A DNA stretch of 64,000 nucleotides, taken from positions 704,001 through 768,000 of the forward strand of contig CBDFJR010000002.1 in assembly GCA_965248535.1 (NCBI GenBank), in the 5' to 3' direction. This DNA is from Phormidesmis sp. GTDB taxonomy: Bacteria > Cyanobacteriota > Cyanobacteriia > Leptolyngbyales > Leptolyngbyaceae. Below, one piece after another: positions 9,474 to 19,270 of the stretch (its first letter is position 1; every line of letters starts with the position of its first letter). The notes beneath the pieces were generated by a model. That model saw only the letters and a program-made list of their open reading frames with translations, made no database searches and was not told the DNA's origin. The translations under genes and the position numbers were made by a program.

Positions 9474-11147
9474 ATGGATTTAAAACCAGGAACAGCGCTG
9501 CAAAACGGCAAATATCTCTTCAGTCAAGCTTTGGGAGACGAGGGGTTTGGGGTGACTTATCGGGCGACCCAAACATTCTTAAACCAAGCTGTGGTGATCA
9601 AGACCCTTGATCCTAGTTTGCAGGTAACGCGCAGCTTTCCCCAGTTGCATCAGCGCTTTGTCGAAGAAACGCGCCTTCTGGCCCGCAGTCAGCATCCCAG
9701 CCTGGTTCGAGTGCTCGATTTTTTTCAAGAAGAGAATCTGCCCTTTTTAGTAATGGACTATGTGCCGGGGCAAACGCTGACAGAGCGGGTGAAGTCTCAG
9801 GGGGCATTGCCTGAAGCCGAAGCCGTTCACTACCTTCAGCAGATTGGCTCGGCGATCGATACGGCTCATCAAAATGGATTGATTCACCGCAATCTCAGCC
9901 CTGACTCAATCATTCGCCGCCCCGGAACGAACTTGGCAGTGCTGGTAGGTTTTGGCATTGCTCACGAGGTGTCGAGGGCCGTCAGTCCCCCGCAAGCCAA
10001 CCTTTTTTCTGATCAGTTTGCGCCACCCGACGAGCGTTGGAGTGCTGACGATCGATTTGCGATCGACCTCTATGGGCTGTCGGCCATTCTCTACTATCTG
10101 TTGTCTGCTCGCGCTCCGGGTGTGTCTCCCCAGCTAGATTTAGAACCGTGGAACCCGGCGCTCAAGCAAGCGATTTTGCGAGGCATGTCCTCTGATCTGA
10201 CCCGTCGCCCCTCGACGATCGCGGCGTGGCTTCGCCTGCTGCCCAGTGAGGCAGTTCCGCTCCGGTCTGTTACGGCAGCGGTGGCTCCGCCGTTGAGTCA
10301 ACCTATTCAAAAAGAGCTCGCGATCGCAGAACCCATTTCTAGCCCTACACATTCGAGCGCTGCCAAACAGGTTTCTCCGCCGCTTGATCCCTCTTTGCCC
10401 ATTCTTCCTAAACCAGAATTGGCTCAACCTACCCTCTCTGAGGGCGACGATCGCTGTGTGGTGACCCCTTTGGCGATCGCGCCTGCCATTCATCAAACTC
10501 ACCCCGTTCAAAAATCTTTGCCTGCGCCCCAATCTATGTCAGCTTTTTCCCGTCACAAGCTGGCGTTCACCTCCCTGATCATCCCCCCTGAGATCAGCAA
10601 ATATCTGCCTAAATTTGTGGGGCTGACCAGCGCCGCCGCTGTCTCGATCGGCGTTGGCTTTGGGTTAGCGCTGCGCTTTAGTGCGGCTCAGGCTCCGGGT
10701 GCCAGCTTTTTTCACCCAGACCAGTCCTTCCCCTCAAAAGATTGGAAAGGGACGCTCACCCCTCCCGGCGATGTCTCTGATGTGCCGATCGAGAAACCAG
10801 GCATCACGCCAAGCGCTAGTCGCAACCGTTTGGCATCTCCTCAAAACAATCCCTCTGCTGCAACGTTTTCAGATGACGCGCCTCCCAAAGGGATTTCCTC
10901 TGAAGAACTGATTGCTCCCCCAATTCGCTCAGAAGCTCCCCAGCAATCGACTGCCGCAAAATCGGTTCCGATTGCCCCAGCCCCAAAGCCTGCCCCGATC
11001 CCATCTGCCCCTGCCAGGGTGTCGCCGAGCCTTCCTACCTCAGATTCTGCGCCGATCACCGACCCTGCCCCCCCTGCCAAGCCCTCATCGGGCACAAATC
11101 GCAAGTCAATAGGGGTACCAACTCTCAAAGGAGACCCCAAACTTTAA
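9474..11147 (+). CDS. Hanks-type Ser/Thr kinase-like protein, predicted pseudokinase, with Pro-rich regions and one TM helix
   Basis: GFGVTY and VVIK are retained, but HRD->HRN, KPxN->SPDS and DFG->GFG. TM segment AAVSIGVGFGLAL. Start moved to ATG 9474 because the track's start lies inside the IS end. Confidence 0.8.
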   Translation: MDLKPGTALQNGKYLFSQALGDEGFGVTYRATQTFLNQAVVIKTLDPSLQVTRSFPQLHQRFVEETRLLARSQHPSLVRVLDFFQEENLPFLVMDYVPGQTLTERVKSQGALPEAEAVHYLQQIGSAIDTAHQNGLIHRNLSPDSIIRRPGTNLAVLVGFGIAHEVSRAVSPPQANLFSDQFAPPDERWSADDRFAIDLYGLSAILYYLLSARAPGVSPQLDLEPWNPALKQAILRGMSSDLTRRPSTIAAWLRLLPSEAVPLRSVTAAVAPPLSQPIQKELAIAEPISSPTHSSAAKQVSPPLDPSLPILPKPELAQPTLSEGDDRCVVTPLAIAPAIHQTHPVQKSLPAPQSMSAFSRHKLAFTSLIIPPEISKYLPKFVGLTSAAAVSIGVGFGLALRFSAAQAPGASFFHPDQSFPSKDWKGTLTPPGDVSDVPIEKPGITPSASRNRLASPQNNPSAATFSDDAPPKGISSEELIAPPIRSEAPQQSTAAKSVPIAPAPKPAPIPSAPARVSPSLPTSDSAPITDPAPPAKPSSGTNRKSIGVPTLKGDPKL

Positions 11148-11213
11148 CCTTTCTATCTCTCATCCCCTTCTTAAGCAAGCTATAATTTTGGCAGCGCGCT
11201 TGGTAGATTTTTG

Positions 11214-11540
11214 ATGAATAATTCCCTGATCCACGCTTTTTTTGTCGGTCGGGCGATCGCCGAGATTGCCTACGAGCAATTAGAAAATGGGGTGACAAAT
11301 GCCCTAAGTGAGTTGGGTAAGTTTGATGCCGAGCAGAGAGAAAACCTACGGGGGTTTGTCGATCAGGTGGCTGAACGGGCAGCCCGCGAAGAAGAAATCG
11401 CCATGCAAACAAGAGCGGCTTCGACAAGTGGGCGGTCAGAGACTCAAGCTGAAGATCTGCAAGCTACGATCGATGAGCTTCGGGCTGAAATTGCTCAACT
11501 CCGGTCAGCCCTTCAAGGCTATCGCAGTCGCTCTATTTAA
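11214..11540 (+). CDS. Conserved cyanobacterial coiled-coil protein (Sll1769-like)
   Basis: HAFFVGRA...LSELGKFDAEQRENLR and LQATIDELRAEIAQLR. Sits upstream of the ABC1 kinase and PP2C, as in the Synechocystis sll1769-1771 order (from memory). Confidence 0.75.
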   Translation: MNNSLIHAFFVGRAIAEIAYEQLENGVTNALSELGKFDAEQRENLRGFVDQVAERAAREEEIAMQTRAASTSGRSETQAEDLQATIDELRAEIAQLRSALQGYRSRSI

Positions 11541-11592
11541 CGAAAACCTAGCGTGGTTCAACACTGCCGCTCATCAAGTCAGCCCTCTTTAG

Positions 11593-13557
11593 TTGGAAAG
11601 TCGAGTGTCTGTTTCTCCAAATGACTCCAGTAAGCCCCAGCGCTCACCTAGCAAAACCCTCGCAGAACCGATGGAGCCAGTAGTGGGCGATAACCTGCCA
11701 GATCTCCACTCTCTAACCGAAGAGCCGTCACACCACCCAGTCAGCCCCACCTCTGAGCTTGAGGCGCAGGGTGCCGATCGCCCAGGCTTGGCTGACGTTG
11801 AGCACATGATGCGCCCATCAGATCAGGCTACAGCGCCCACCACGACGACTGACAGAACTCGTAAGCTAGGAGGGAAACCCCACTCAGCCAAAGCCTATCG
11901 CTGGAGTCGAGAAAGCTACTCACGTCGAGGTCGTTTTCTCGACATTTGGACGTTTGTGCTGAAGCTGTTGGGGGCGAGATGGCTCTATAAAAAGCCTTGG
12001 AGCTACAAAGGTGGCATCTCAGACGAGAAAAAGGCCGCTAGACGCAGAGCTTTAGCCGTCTGGATTCGTGAGACCCTGCTCGATCTAGGCCCTACGTTCA
12101 TCAAGATTGGACAACTGTTTTCAACCCGCGCCGACTTGTTTGCGCCAGAGTTTGTCGAAGAGTTGTCAAAGCTGCAAGATCGAGTTCCAGCGTTTAGCTA
12201 CGAGCAGGTGGAATTGATCATTGAGCAAGATATGGGAAAGACGATCGCCGATCTCTTTCGCAGCTTTGACCCCATTCCGCTGGCTGCTGCCAGTCTAGGG
12301 CAGGTTCATCGTGCCCAACTGCACTCTGGCGAAGAAATCGTTGTCAAGATTCAGCGCCCCGGGCTTCGTAAGCTGTTTGAGATTGATCTACAAATTCTCA
12401 AGGGCATCACTCGCTATTTTCAAAATCACCCAGAGTGGGGCAAGGGTCGCGACTGGTTGGGCATCTATGACGAGTGCTGCAAAATTCTTTGGGAAGAAAT
12501 TGACTACCTGAATGAGGGACGCAACGCCGACACCTTCCGCCGCAACTTTAGAGCGATGAATTGGGTAAAAGTACCCCGGATCTATTGGCGCTACACCTCT
12601 CCTCGCGTCTTGACCTTAGAATATGCACCGGGGATCAAGATCAGCCACTATGAGGCCATCGAAGCCGCAGGACTCGATCGTAAAGAACTCGCCCAAATGG
12701 GGGCTAGAGCCTACTTGCATCAACTGCTTGACAATGGCTTTTTTCATGCCGATCCCCACCCTGGCAACATTGCGGTCAGCCCCGATGGGTCTCTAATTTT
12801 CTACGACTTTGGGATGATGGGGCAGGTGCAGGCAATCACCCGTGAAAAGCTGTTAGACACCTTTTTTGGGGTTGCTCAGAAAGATGCCGATCGCGTCGTT
12901 GAATCCCTGGTTGCCCTAGGGGCCTTAGCGCCGACTGACGATATGGGCCCGGTGCGGCGATCGGTGCAATTCATGCTAGACAACTTCATGGACAAGCCCT
13001 TTGAAGATCAGTCGGTCAGCGCCATCAGCGACGATCTCTACGAAATTGCCTACGATCAGCCCTTTCGCTTTCCGGCCACCTTTACCTTTGTGATGCGTGC
13101 TTTTTCGACGCTAGAGGGCGTAGGAAAAGGACTAGACCCAGATTTTAACTTTATGGAGGTTGCAAAACCTTTTGCAATGCAGCTTATGACCAATGGAAAT
13201 TCTTCGTCTGAAGCCAGCAGTCTGTTGAATGAATTAAGCCGTCAGGCGGTGCAGGTTGGCAACACTGCTCTAGGGCTGCCCCGCCGCATTGAGGACACGC
13301 TAGACAAACTAGAGCGAGGCGATATTCGCGTCCGGGTGCGCTCTACTGAAACCGATCGGGTCTTACGACGCATCAGTGGGGTCAATCTAGGAACCAATTA
13401 CACCCTGCTGACCTGTGCGTTTACGGTTTCGGCGACGATTTTGTTTGTCAATCACTATCTGTGGTTAGCGATCGCGATGGCCGTGGCGGCTCTTGCTGCC
13501 GCGATCGTGTTAATTCGATTGCTGATTAAGCTCGATCGCTATGAGAGAATGCCCTAA
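11593..13557 (+). CDS. AarF/ABC1/UbiB-family atypical kinase (start uncertain)
   Basis: LGPTFIKIGQLFSTRAD, AAASLGQVH, HADPHPGN, YDFGMMG and C-terminal TM helices. Confidence 0.95.
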   Translation: MESRVSVSPNDSSKPQRSPSKTLAEPMEPVVGDNLPDLHSLTEEPSHHPVSPTSELEAQGADRPGLADVEHMMRPSDQATAPTTTTDRTRKLGGKPHSAKAYRWSRESYSRRGRFLDIWTFVLKLLGARWLYKKPWSYKGGISDEKKAARRRALAVWIRETLLDLGPTFIKIGQLFSTRADLFAPEFVEELSKLQDRVPAFSYEQVELIIEQDMGKTIADLFRSFDPIPLAAASLGQVHRAQLHSGEEIVVKIQRPGLRKLFEIDLQILKGITRYFQNHPEWGKGRDWLGIYDECCKILWEEIDYLNEGRNADTFRRNFRAMNWVKVPRIYWRYTSPRVLTLEYAPGIKISHYEAIEAAGLDRKELAQMGARAYLHQLLDNGFFHADPHPGNIAVSPDGSLIFYDFGMMGQVQAITREKLLDTFFGVAQKDADRVVESLVALGALAPTDDMGPVRRSVQFMLDNFMDKPFEDQSVSAISDDLYEIAYDQPFRFPATFTFVMRAFSTLEGVGKGLDPDFNFMEVAKPFAMQLMTNGNSSSEASSLLNELSRQAVQVGNTALGLPRRIEDTLDKLERGDIRVRVRSTETDRVLRRISGVNLGTNYTLLTCAFTVSATILFVNHYLWLAIAMAVAALAAAIVLIRLLIKLDRYERMP

Positions 13558-13589
13558 GCTAAGATGTCTCTAATTACCCTCGCCTAGCT

Positions 13590-14333
13590 ATGAAACGTCT
13601 CTTTACAGGGATGACCGACACGGGTTTGATCCGTGCTGCTAACCAAGATGCCTATCATCTCGACCCAGATGGGCGTTTTTTTATTGTGGCAGACGGTATG
13701 GGAGGTCATGCAGGCGGGCAAGAGGCGAGTCGTTTAGCAACCCAAGCGATCCAGTCTTGTTTAGACATCAGTTGGGACTCAACCATTCCCTCGCAAGACC
13801 TGCTAGAAAAATCGCTCTTAGAGGCAAATCAGGCGATTTTAGCAGACCAAAGGCAGCACCCAGAGCGATCGGACATGGGCACAACGGTCGTCGTCGTCAT
13901 TTTTCGCGATGAACAGCCGCTCTGCACCCACGTTGGAGATTCTCGCCTCTATCGTCTGCATGGCTCAAAACTAGAACAACTGACCGAAGATCATACCTGG
14001 GTAGCACGGGCGATGCGTTTGGGAGAGATCACCCCCGATCAAGCCCGAACCCACCCCCTCAGACATGTGTTGGCTCAGTGTTTGGGGCGAGAAGACCTCC
14101 AGCAAATCGAGGTGAAATCGCTCTCTGTGCAGCCTGGCGATCGTCTTCTCCTCTGTAGCGATGGCTTAACCGAAGAACTCTCTGATCAGCTAATCACCAA
14201 TCAGCTTAAATCGATTCGAGTCTGTGACAAGGCCGCGTCTGCTCTCATCCAGGCGGCCAAAGATCACGGTGGACGAGATAACATCACCGTCGTCATCGTG
14301 GCGATCGAGGGTCTGTCCCGCAGCGACTATTGA
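13590..14333 (+). CDS. PP2C/PPM Ser/Thr phosphatase (PphA-like)
   Basis: NQDA, VADGMGG, MGTT, HVGDSR, LCSDGL and GGRDNIT motifs. Confidence 0.95.
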   Translation: MKRLFTGMTDTGLIRAANQDAYHLDPDGRFFIVADGMGGHAGGQEASRLATQAIQSCLDISWDSTIPSQDLLEKSLLEANQAILADQRQHPERSDMGTTVVVVIFRDEQPLCTHVGDSRLYRLHGSKLEQLTEDHTWVARAMRLGEITPDQARTHPLRHVLAQCLGREDLQQIEVKSLSVQPGDRLLLCSDGLTEELSDQLITNQLKSIRVCDKAASALIQAAKDHGGRDNITVVIVAIEGLSRSDY

Positions 14334-14557
14334 GCACACCTCCGACGAAACTGTTTATCTCAGACATCTTGAGAAAACCTCATCATGCCGCCCTCAGTTA
14401 AAGGACTTATCTAATCAATCAGTCCTCAATTTGTGGCGGCTGCTACTAAACTAGCTGTCAATTTGTCACAACGCACACCGTTCTCAAGCTCCTCTCTAAG
14501 GAGGTATAGTCCCTTTATTCAAGTAAGCCGACTGGGGTATGGTCGTTTTGTCAAATA

Positions 14558-14575
14558 CTTGTTATCTTTTGTAAT
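14558..14575 (-). promoter_or_regulatory. Imperfect HLR1-like (RpaB) direct repeat upstream of nblA
   Basis: Minus strand ATTACAAA-AG-ATAACAAG resembles (G/T)TTACA(T/A)(T/A)-N2 repeats. Confidence 0.35.
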
Positions 14576-14707
14576 AAGAAATGGATAGATTGATTGATTC
14601 TTAGGGTATCTTTGAACAATCAACCGAGTCCAACCAGAATCTACCCACGACCTCCCAAGTCGATGATTCTGCGACTCACCCTACTCTCTCTTACACTGGA
14701 GTTTGTT

Positions 14708-14905
14708 ATGAACCAACCTGTAGAACTGTCCTTGGAGCAAAAATTTAGCATCCGATCGTTTGAAACACAAGTTGAGAAGATGAGCCACGAGCAAGCTCAA
14801 GACTTTTTAATCAAGCTCTACGAGCAAATGATCATGCGTGAAACGATGTATCGTCATTTCCTCAAGCATCAGTGGGGCTTAGAGCCTAACCCCCAAATGC
14901 CCTAA
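14708..14905 (+). CDS. nblA: Phycobilisome degradation protein NblA
   Basis: MNQPVELSLEQKFSIRSFETQVEKMSHEQAQDFL...FLKHQWG. Start at ATG 14708. Confidence 0.95.
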   Translation: MNQPVELSLEQKFSIRSFETQVEKMSHEQAQDFLIKLYEQMIMRETMYRHFLKHQWGLEPNPQMP

Positions 14906-15198
14906 GTTCTGCTCAAGCCATTGGGCGACCTCGATCTCTCGCTTTGTTCTAAGCCAGAAAGAAGCTAGGGTGCTGGGGCGTTCAGCCAAGCTCGTGTTAA
15001 AAAACAGTAAGTTTGACTCCTGAATTCTTTTTTGATAGTTGTGCTTTCGCTTCAGAGCAAACTATGGAAATTTCAACTGATTCGCGCCTTAGACTTTTGC
15101 ACACTGGTAGGCGCTGAGACCCACCACCGCTCACTACAGTGCTGAGTCATCTCTCTAGGGTTGACTCCTAGCGCAGGCTCTTAATCATCACGTCCGTT

Positions 15199-16326
15199 TC
15201 AGTGCACTTGATAGCGCATTCCGGGGAGCTGTGAAACGAGTCCCAACATTTCTAACTGGATTAATGCCCCTGACACTGAGCCTGCTGGCATTTCAGTTTG
15301 TTGGACGATCGCGTCAAAAGCCGCCGCCTCGACCTCACCACCTTGAACGATCGCTTTCACCGACTGCAACACTTGACTGAGGTCAGCGCTGAGATCAAGT
15401 AAAGATAACTGTGTCTCTTCCATCACGGGGTAGTCTAGCTGAGGCATCGTTCCAAGCATTTCCAGCAGTTCTGCTTCTCCTAAGATCATTTGTGCGCCTT
15501 TGCTGATCAGAGTGAGACAGCCCTTCGATTTGAAATTGTCTAAACTGCCGGGCAGGGCATAGACATCTCGCCCATAGTCATTAGCGAGATAGGCGGTAAT
15601 CAGAGAACCTGACTTTTGAGGAGCCTCAAGCACCAAGACAGCGCGACACAGCCCCGCCACAATGCGATTTCTGCGAGGGAAGTGGGTGCGATCGGGCTGA
15701 GTTCCGGCCGGATATTCGCTGATAGCCAACCCATTTTCTAGCACTTCTTGATAAAGGCGGCGATTTGTCCAGGGATAGACGACATCAACGCCAGTTCCGA
15801 GAACAGCGACGGTTTTGCCCCCAGACTCAATGCAGTTGCGGTGGGCTTCGCTGTCGATGCCGTCTGCTAACCCAGAAACGACGATAAAGCCGTTTTGGGC
15901 TAGAGCAGAGCTAATTTTGCGCGTCCAGCGTCTGCCATAATCTGAGGGATCACGAGTGCCGACGATGGCGATCGCAGGCAGAGTGCCTAGATCTTTGACT
16001 AGATTAGAGTCGCCGCGATAATACAACACCGGGGGCGGGTCAGGAATTTCTCGCAGCAATCGAGGATAGTCAGCCTCGGCCGGAGTCCAAAAGTGCTCGT
16101 TTTTCTGCTCGTGGTCTTGCAAGAGGCGATCGGGCTGACACTTGGCTCGCTGGGGCAGAAATTCCCCTATAGTTTGGTTTCCAATTCCTTCGACTTCGAT
16201 TAACTCCTTGGGGCTGGCTTCCCAAGCTAATGCCAAGCTGCCAAAATGCCGATATAGTCGCTTAATCAGCACCGGGCCAATGCCCGGAAGTTGCGACCAT
16301 GCCAGCCAAAACGCACGTTCCTCCAA
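15199..16326 (-). CDS. dprA: DNA-processing protein DprA
   Basis: PDPPPVLY, AIVGTR, VSGLADGID, FPRRNRIVAG and C-terminal LIQLEMLG. Confidence 0.96.
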   Translation of the reverse strand: MEERAFWLAWSQLPGIGPVLIKRLYRHFGSLALAWEASPKELIEVEGIGNQTIGEFLPQRAKCQPDRLLQDHEQKNEHFWTPAEADYPRLLREIPDPPPVLYYRGDSNLVKDLGTLPAIAIVGTRDPSDYGRRWTRKISSALAQNGFIVVSGLADGIDSEAHRNCIESGGKTVAVLGTGVDVVYPWTNRRLYQEVLENGLAISEYPAGTQPDRTHFPRRNRIVAGLCRAVLVLEAPQKSGSLITAYLANDYGRDVYALPGSLDNFKSKGCLTLISKGAQMILGEAELLEMLGTMPQLDYPVMEETQLSLLDLSADLSQVLQSVKAIVQGGEVEAAAFDAIVQQTEMPAGSVSGALIQLEMLGLVSQLPGMRYQVH

Positions 16327-16399
16327 TTTCCCGTCCTCACGTTCAGGTGATTCTCGGTCAAGTGTTCCCTTAATTTAACCGTGATGAATAAATTTTTGG

Positions 16400-17077
16400 T
16401 TAGTCTACTGCTTTAAATAAAAGCGTGTAGAGATAACTGATAGATTCAGAAATAACGATTTTTACGCCTGCACTTGAAGTCCACCAGCGGCGAGAGTCAT
16501 AGTCTAGATCGCTGGCTGCAATAATGCCGACTTTAACAGGATCTAGAGCCTGTTGGTAGAGTAGCTGACTTCTTCTTGCATGAACTCCATCTGTATAAAG
16601 ATTGACTGATTGAAGGGTTGATTTTGACTCAGTTAACCACTGCCTCACGGCGATCGCGTTGGCATAGGTGCGATCGCGAATCACATATTTAGCCGGAACG
16701 GCCACTAGGTGAGCAGGGTCGAACCCGATCGCCACCAAGGTTGCCGCAGAAAGCTCTGCATAGGTTTTATATTTAGCCAGATAAAAGCCTCGCGGCACCG
16801 CCCCGCCCGTTGTGATCAGAGTTTTATAGCCCCCTGTTTTAAATTCTGCAATCGCTTTTTCAACGCCTTCATCGGTCAGCCAGCCTTCAACAACTAGTGC
16901 ATCTGCTTTCACTGGGGCAGTCACCGCTAAAAAGGAATGGATGTTGACTAGAATTCCCAGCCACAAACCAGTCAAAAAAACGAGACTTAAGATCCAACCT
17001 TGGGCGGTTAGCACCCACTTTTCTCGACGGCAAAAGAGCGGAAGCTTAATTTTTGGAAATCGCTGACTTTGAGGCAT
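16400..17077 (-). CDS. YdcF/DUF218-family protein with N-terminal TM helix
   Basis: DALVVEGW, LITTGG, DRTYANA and HARRS motifs. Start probably ATG 17077. Confidence 0.7.
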   Translation of the reverse strand: MPQSQRFPKIKLPLFCRREKWVLTAQGWILSLVFLTGLWLGILVNIHSFLAVTAPVKADALVVEGWLTDEGVEKAIAEFKTGGYKTLITTGGAVPRGFYLAKYKTYAELSAATLVAIGFDPAHLVAVPAKYVIRDRTYANAIAVRQWLTESKSTLQSVNLYTDGVHARRSQLLYQQALDPVKVGIIAASDLDYDSRRWWTSSAGVKIVISESISYLYTLLFKAVD

Positions 17078-17732
17078 TATTTCTGAGGTGCTGCGAGTGC
17101 AAATATTCAAACACGCTCTTATCACCAATATCCGGAGGAATGGGTTGGATGACTTTACGAATGGCAAACACCATAAATAGAACAGCCCAAACTCCCAGCA
17201 AAAATCGCTCCCACTGAGGCAACAAGAAACCTGTCAGATGTCCCAAAAGCAAGATCGGAATCAACGGCGTGAGAAGCTTGGTTTCTAAACGATCAAAGCA
17301 AAATGCCTCTTTAAAAAAGATTCCGGTCAAGGCTGCAAAACCAAAGCCAACCCCAAAAATGGTCAATGGATAGCTGTAGATATAGAGCGCAAGCGGCTCA
17401 GACCCTCTGACTGCAAAAATCAGCGAGGCGATGCCTCCGATCGCCCAAAATGCTTGCAGTGTTTGGTGCAAGGGCTTTAGATAAATATGAATGGTGAACA
17501 AACTCACGCCTAACCCAACCCAAAAAACCAGATAAAGCAGCGTCAGCGTGTTGAGAATAACCGGGTCAGTTCCCTTCCAGAGCACTAGGGCAGTCGCGAT
17601 CGCGAAGCTCAAGGCTGCTACCAGCAACCCACCCCGATAGATAATCACTCCACGGCGATCGTGGGAGTCGATCGTAAACTCGCCAAACTGTCCCTGATAA
17701 ACCTCTGGTTCGGTCATGTGCAGTTGAGTCAT
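17046..17732 (-). CDS. DUF2301-family membrane protein
   Basis: YQGQFGEFTI, IHIYLKPLH, FKEAFCF and DIGDKSVF motifs; multiple TM helices. Confidence 0.8.
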   Translation of the reverse strand: MTQLHMTEPEVYQGQFGEFTIDSHDRRGVIIYRGGLLVAALSFAIATALVLWKGTDPVILNTLTLLYLVFWVGLGVSLFTIHIYLKPLHQTLQAFWAIGGIASLIFAVRGSEPLALYIYSYPLTIFGVGFGFAALTGIFFKEAFCFDRLETKLLTPLIPILLLGHLTGFLLPQWERFLLGVWAVLFMVFAIRKVIQPIPPDIGDKSVFEYLHSQHLRNNASKSAISKN

Positions 17733-17763
17733 AAGTCAGGCGTGATTTACATCTGCCCCTATC

Positions 17764-18003
17764 CTACTGTGCTTCTGCCTGTTGCGCCTCGTCTTCAAGG
17801 GTTTGAATGGCTACCAGCAACTCTTCTTCTTGACTCTCAAATTCTTCTTCAGGAATGTCGCCCATGTCGAAGGCCAACTGCAAGGCCAATAGGCGTTTTC
17901 CTAAATTTTCTTTGTCATCTAATTCAGTGTCGGCTCGTTCTTGAATTTGTTCGGCGATCCAGGCAAGTCCGGTGACGGGGGCAAACAGTAGGCGAAATAT
18001 CAT
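17764..18003 (-). CDS. gvpG: Gas vesicle protein GvpG
   Basis: APVTGLAWIAEQI...LQLAFDMGDIPEEEFESQEEELL, in the gvp cluster. Confidence 0.9.
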   Translation of the reverse strand: MIFRLLFAPVTGLAWIAEQIQERADTELDDKENLGKRLLALQLAFDMGDIPEEEFESQEEELLVAIQTLEDEAQQAEAQ

Positions 18004-18008
18004 AGGAT

Positions 18009-18752
18009 TTAGTTCAGCCGTTCAAACTGGGCGAAGTTGTAGGGAGCCGTAAAGTCGTTGTAGCGAATCTTTAAGCGCTGGTCAAACTGCTGATCCAATG
18101 CTTCGACCTGGGCACTAAAGGTGGCTTCTTCATCCCAATGAATCAGATAAGCCGCGTTATAAATCATCGCTTCGGTGAGCAAATCGTTTTCGACCACTTC
18201 GACCGCGAGGGAGTTGAGACTTGATTGAAATGCCTCAATAATTTGGCGTTTGCGATCGCTCATTGCCCGCTCGATCGCTTGCCCGATCGCCACAATTTCA
18301 TCCATGCTCAGAGATTTGCCCTCTAAGCGATCGCGCCGCTCTCGCAGATCAGGATCGTCTGCCATCAGCGCTTGAAGCTCTGTGTCTGCATCCCAAAACA
18401 GTTTGACGCTCACCTCACGCCGCCCGTTCAATCGTTGAAACAGCACTTCTAACGTTTCACTATGGGGAGCCGTCAACTGCTCAGTCACCGTTTCCCAATC
18501 TTCAATGATCAGCCCAAACTGAAGGGGCAAGAGAGTCCGATGACCTGCGTGCATGGCTTGTTCTAAGACTTTTTCGTGCCCTAGCAGATTTCGACGACTG
18601 GCTAAGTATCGGTCTTGTTGCGCTTCTGAATAGAGAAACGTGAACCCATCGACAATGCGCGTTTGCACGGGTTGACGATCGAGTCCTTCTAAGGCTAAAT
18701 CTTCGGGGCCGGGGGTGGGAAAAATGCCGTACAGATAAAGTCTGGGGGTCAT
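18009..18752 (-). CDS. gvpF: Gas vesicle protein GvpF/GvpL family
   Basis: LYLYGI, HEKVLE, LLPLQFG and APYNF motifs. Confidence 0.88.
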   Translation of the reverse strand: MTPRLYLYGIFPTPGPEDLALEGLDRQPVQTRIVDGFTFLYSEAQQDRYLASRRNLLGHEKVLEQAMHAGHRTLLPLQFGLIIEDWETVTEQLTAPHSETLEVLFQRLNGRREVSVKLFWDADTELQALMADDPDLRERRDRLEGKSLSMDEIVAIGQAIERAMSDRKRQIIEAFQSSLNSLAVEVVENDLLTEAMIYNAAYLIHWDEEATFSAQVEALDQQFDQRLKIRYNDFTAPYNFAQFERLN

Positions 18753-18772
18753 AAAAATAGGGGCTAGGGGGC

Positions 18773-19228
18773 TTAGATTGGCTTTGCTGTTAGAACTAGC
18801 TGAAGCTTTGCGTGGATCAAATCTAACTGGGCCACTCCGATGTCAACGCTGCCTTCGAGCACAACGCCTGTGTTGAGAAGACGATCGAGCAATTCTAAAA
18901 TAGAAGGGCTGGCAGAGGTTTGACCCGGATAGTATCCTCCCGCTTTGGGTAATAGCGTGCCCACTTCGCCCAAGTCAATATTCAAATCGGCGGGATTGAT
19001 CTCAAAAATGTCGCAGATCTCAACCACCTGTTCTTCTAGCTTTTGCAGACTTATAGAGGCGCGATCGAGTTCTTCATCCGTGAGTTTTTCTTCTTCCATC
19101 CGCCGAATGATTTGAGCTTCCATTAACTGCCGAACTAGCTCGACCACTGTTAATAAAAGTGGAGCAAGACCCGCATCTTTACTCGATTTAGGCGCATCAA
19201 CAAAGGTCTTAGTAGGAAGATCTGTCAC
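18773..19228 (-). CDS. gvpK: Gas vesicle protein GvpK with C-terminal GvpA-like segment
   Basis: GLAPLLLTVVELVRQLMEAQ, DLNIDLG and LLDRLLNTGVV motifs. Confidence 0.92.
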   Translation of the reverse strand: MTDLPTKTFVDAPKSSKDAGLAPLLLTVVELVRQLMEAQIIRRMEEEKLTDEELDRASISLQKLEEQVVEICDIFEINPADLNIDLGEVGTLLPKAGGYYPGQTSASPSILELLDRLLNTGVVLEGSVDIGVAQLDLIHAKLQLVLTAKPI

Positions 19229-19270
19229 TCGTTTTCTCGGCTGTAATGTCCTCTCATTTTATGGGATCGC

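Noticed and set aside
14594..14707. N-terminal extension of NblA, and an NtcA box upstream
   Set aside because: NblA homology starts at ATG 14708, and I saw no GTA-N8-TAC site.
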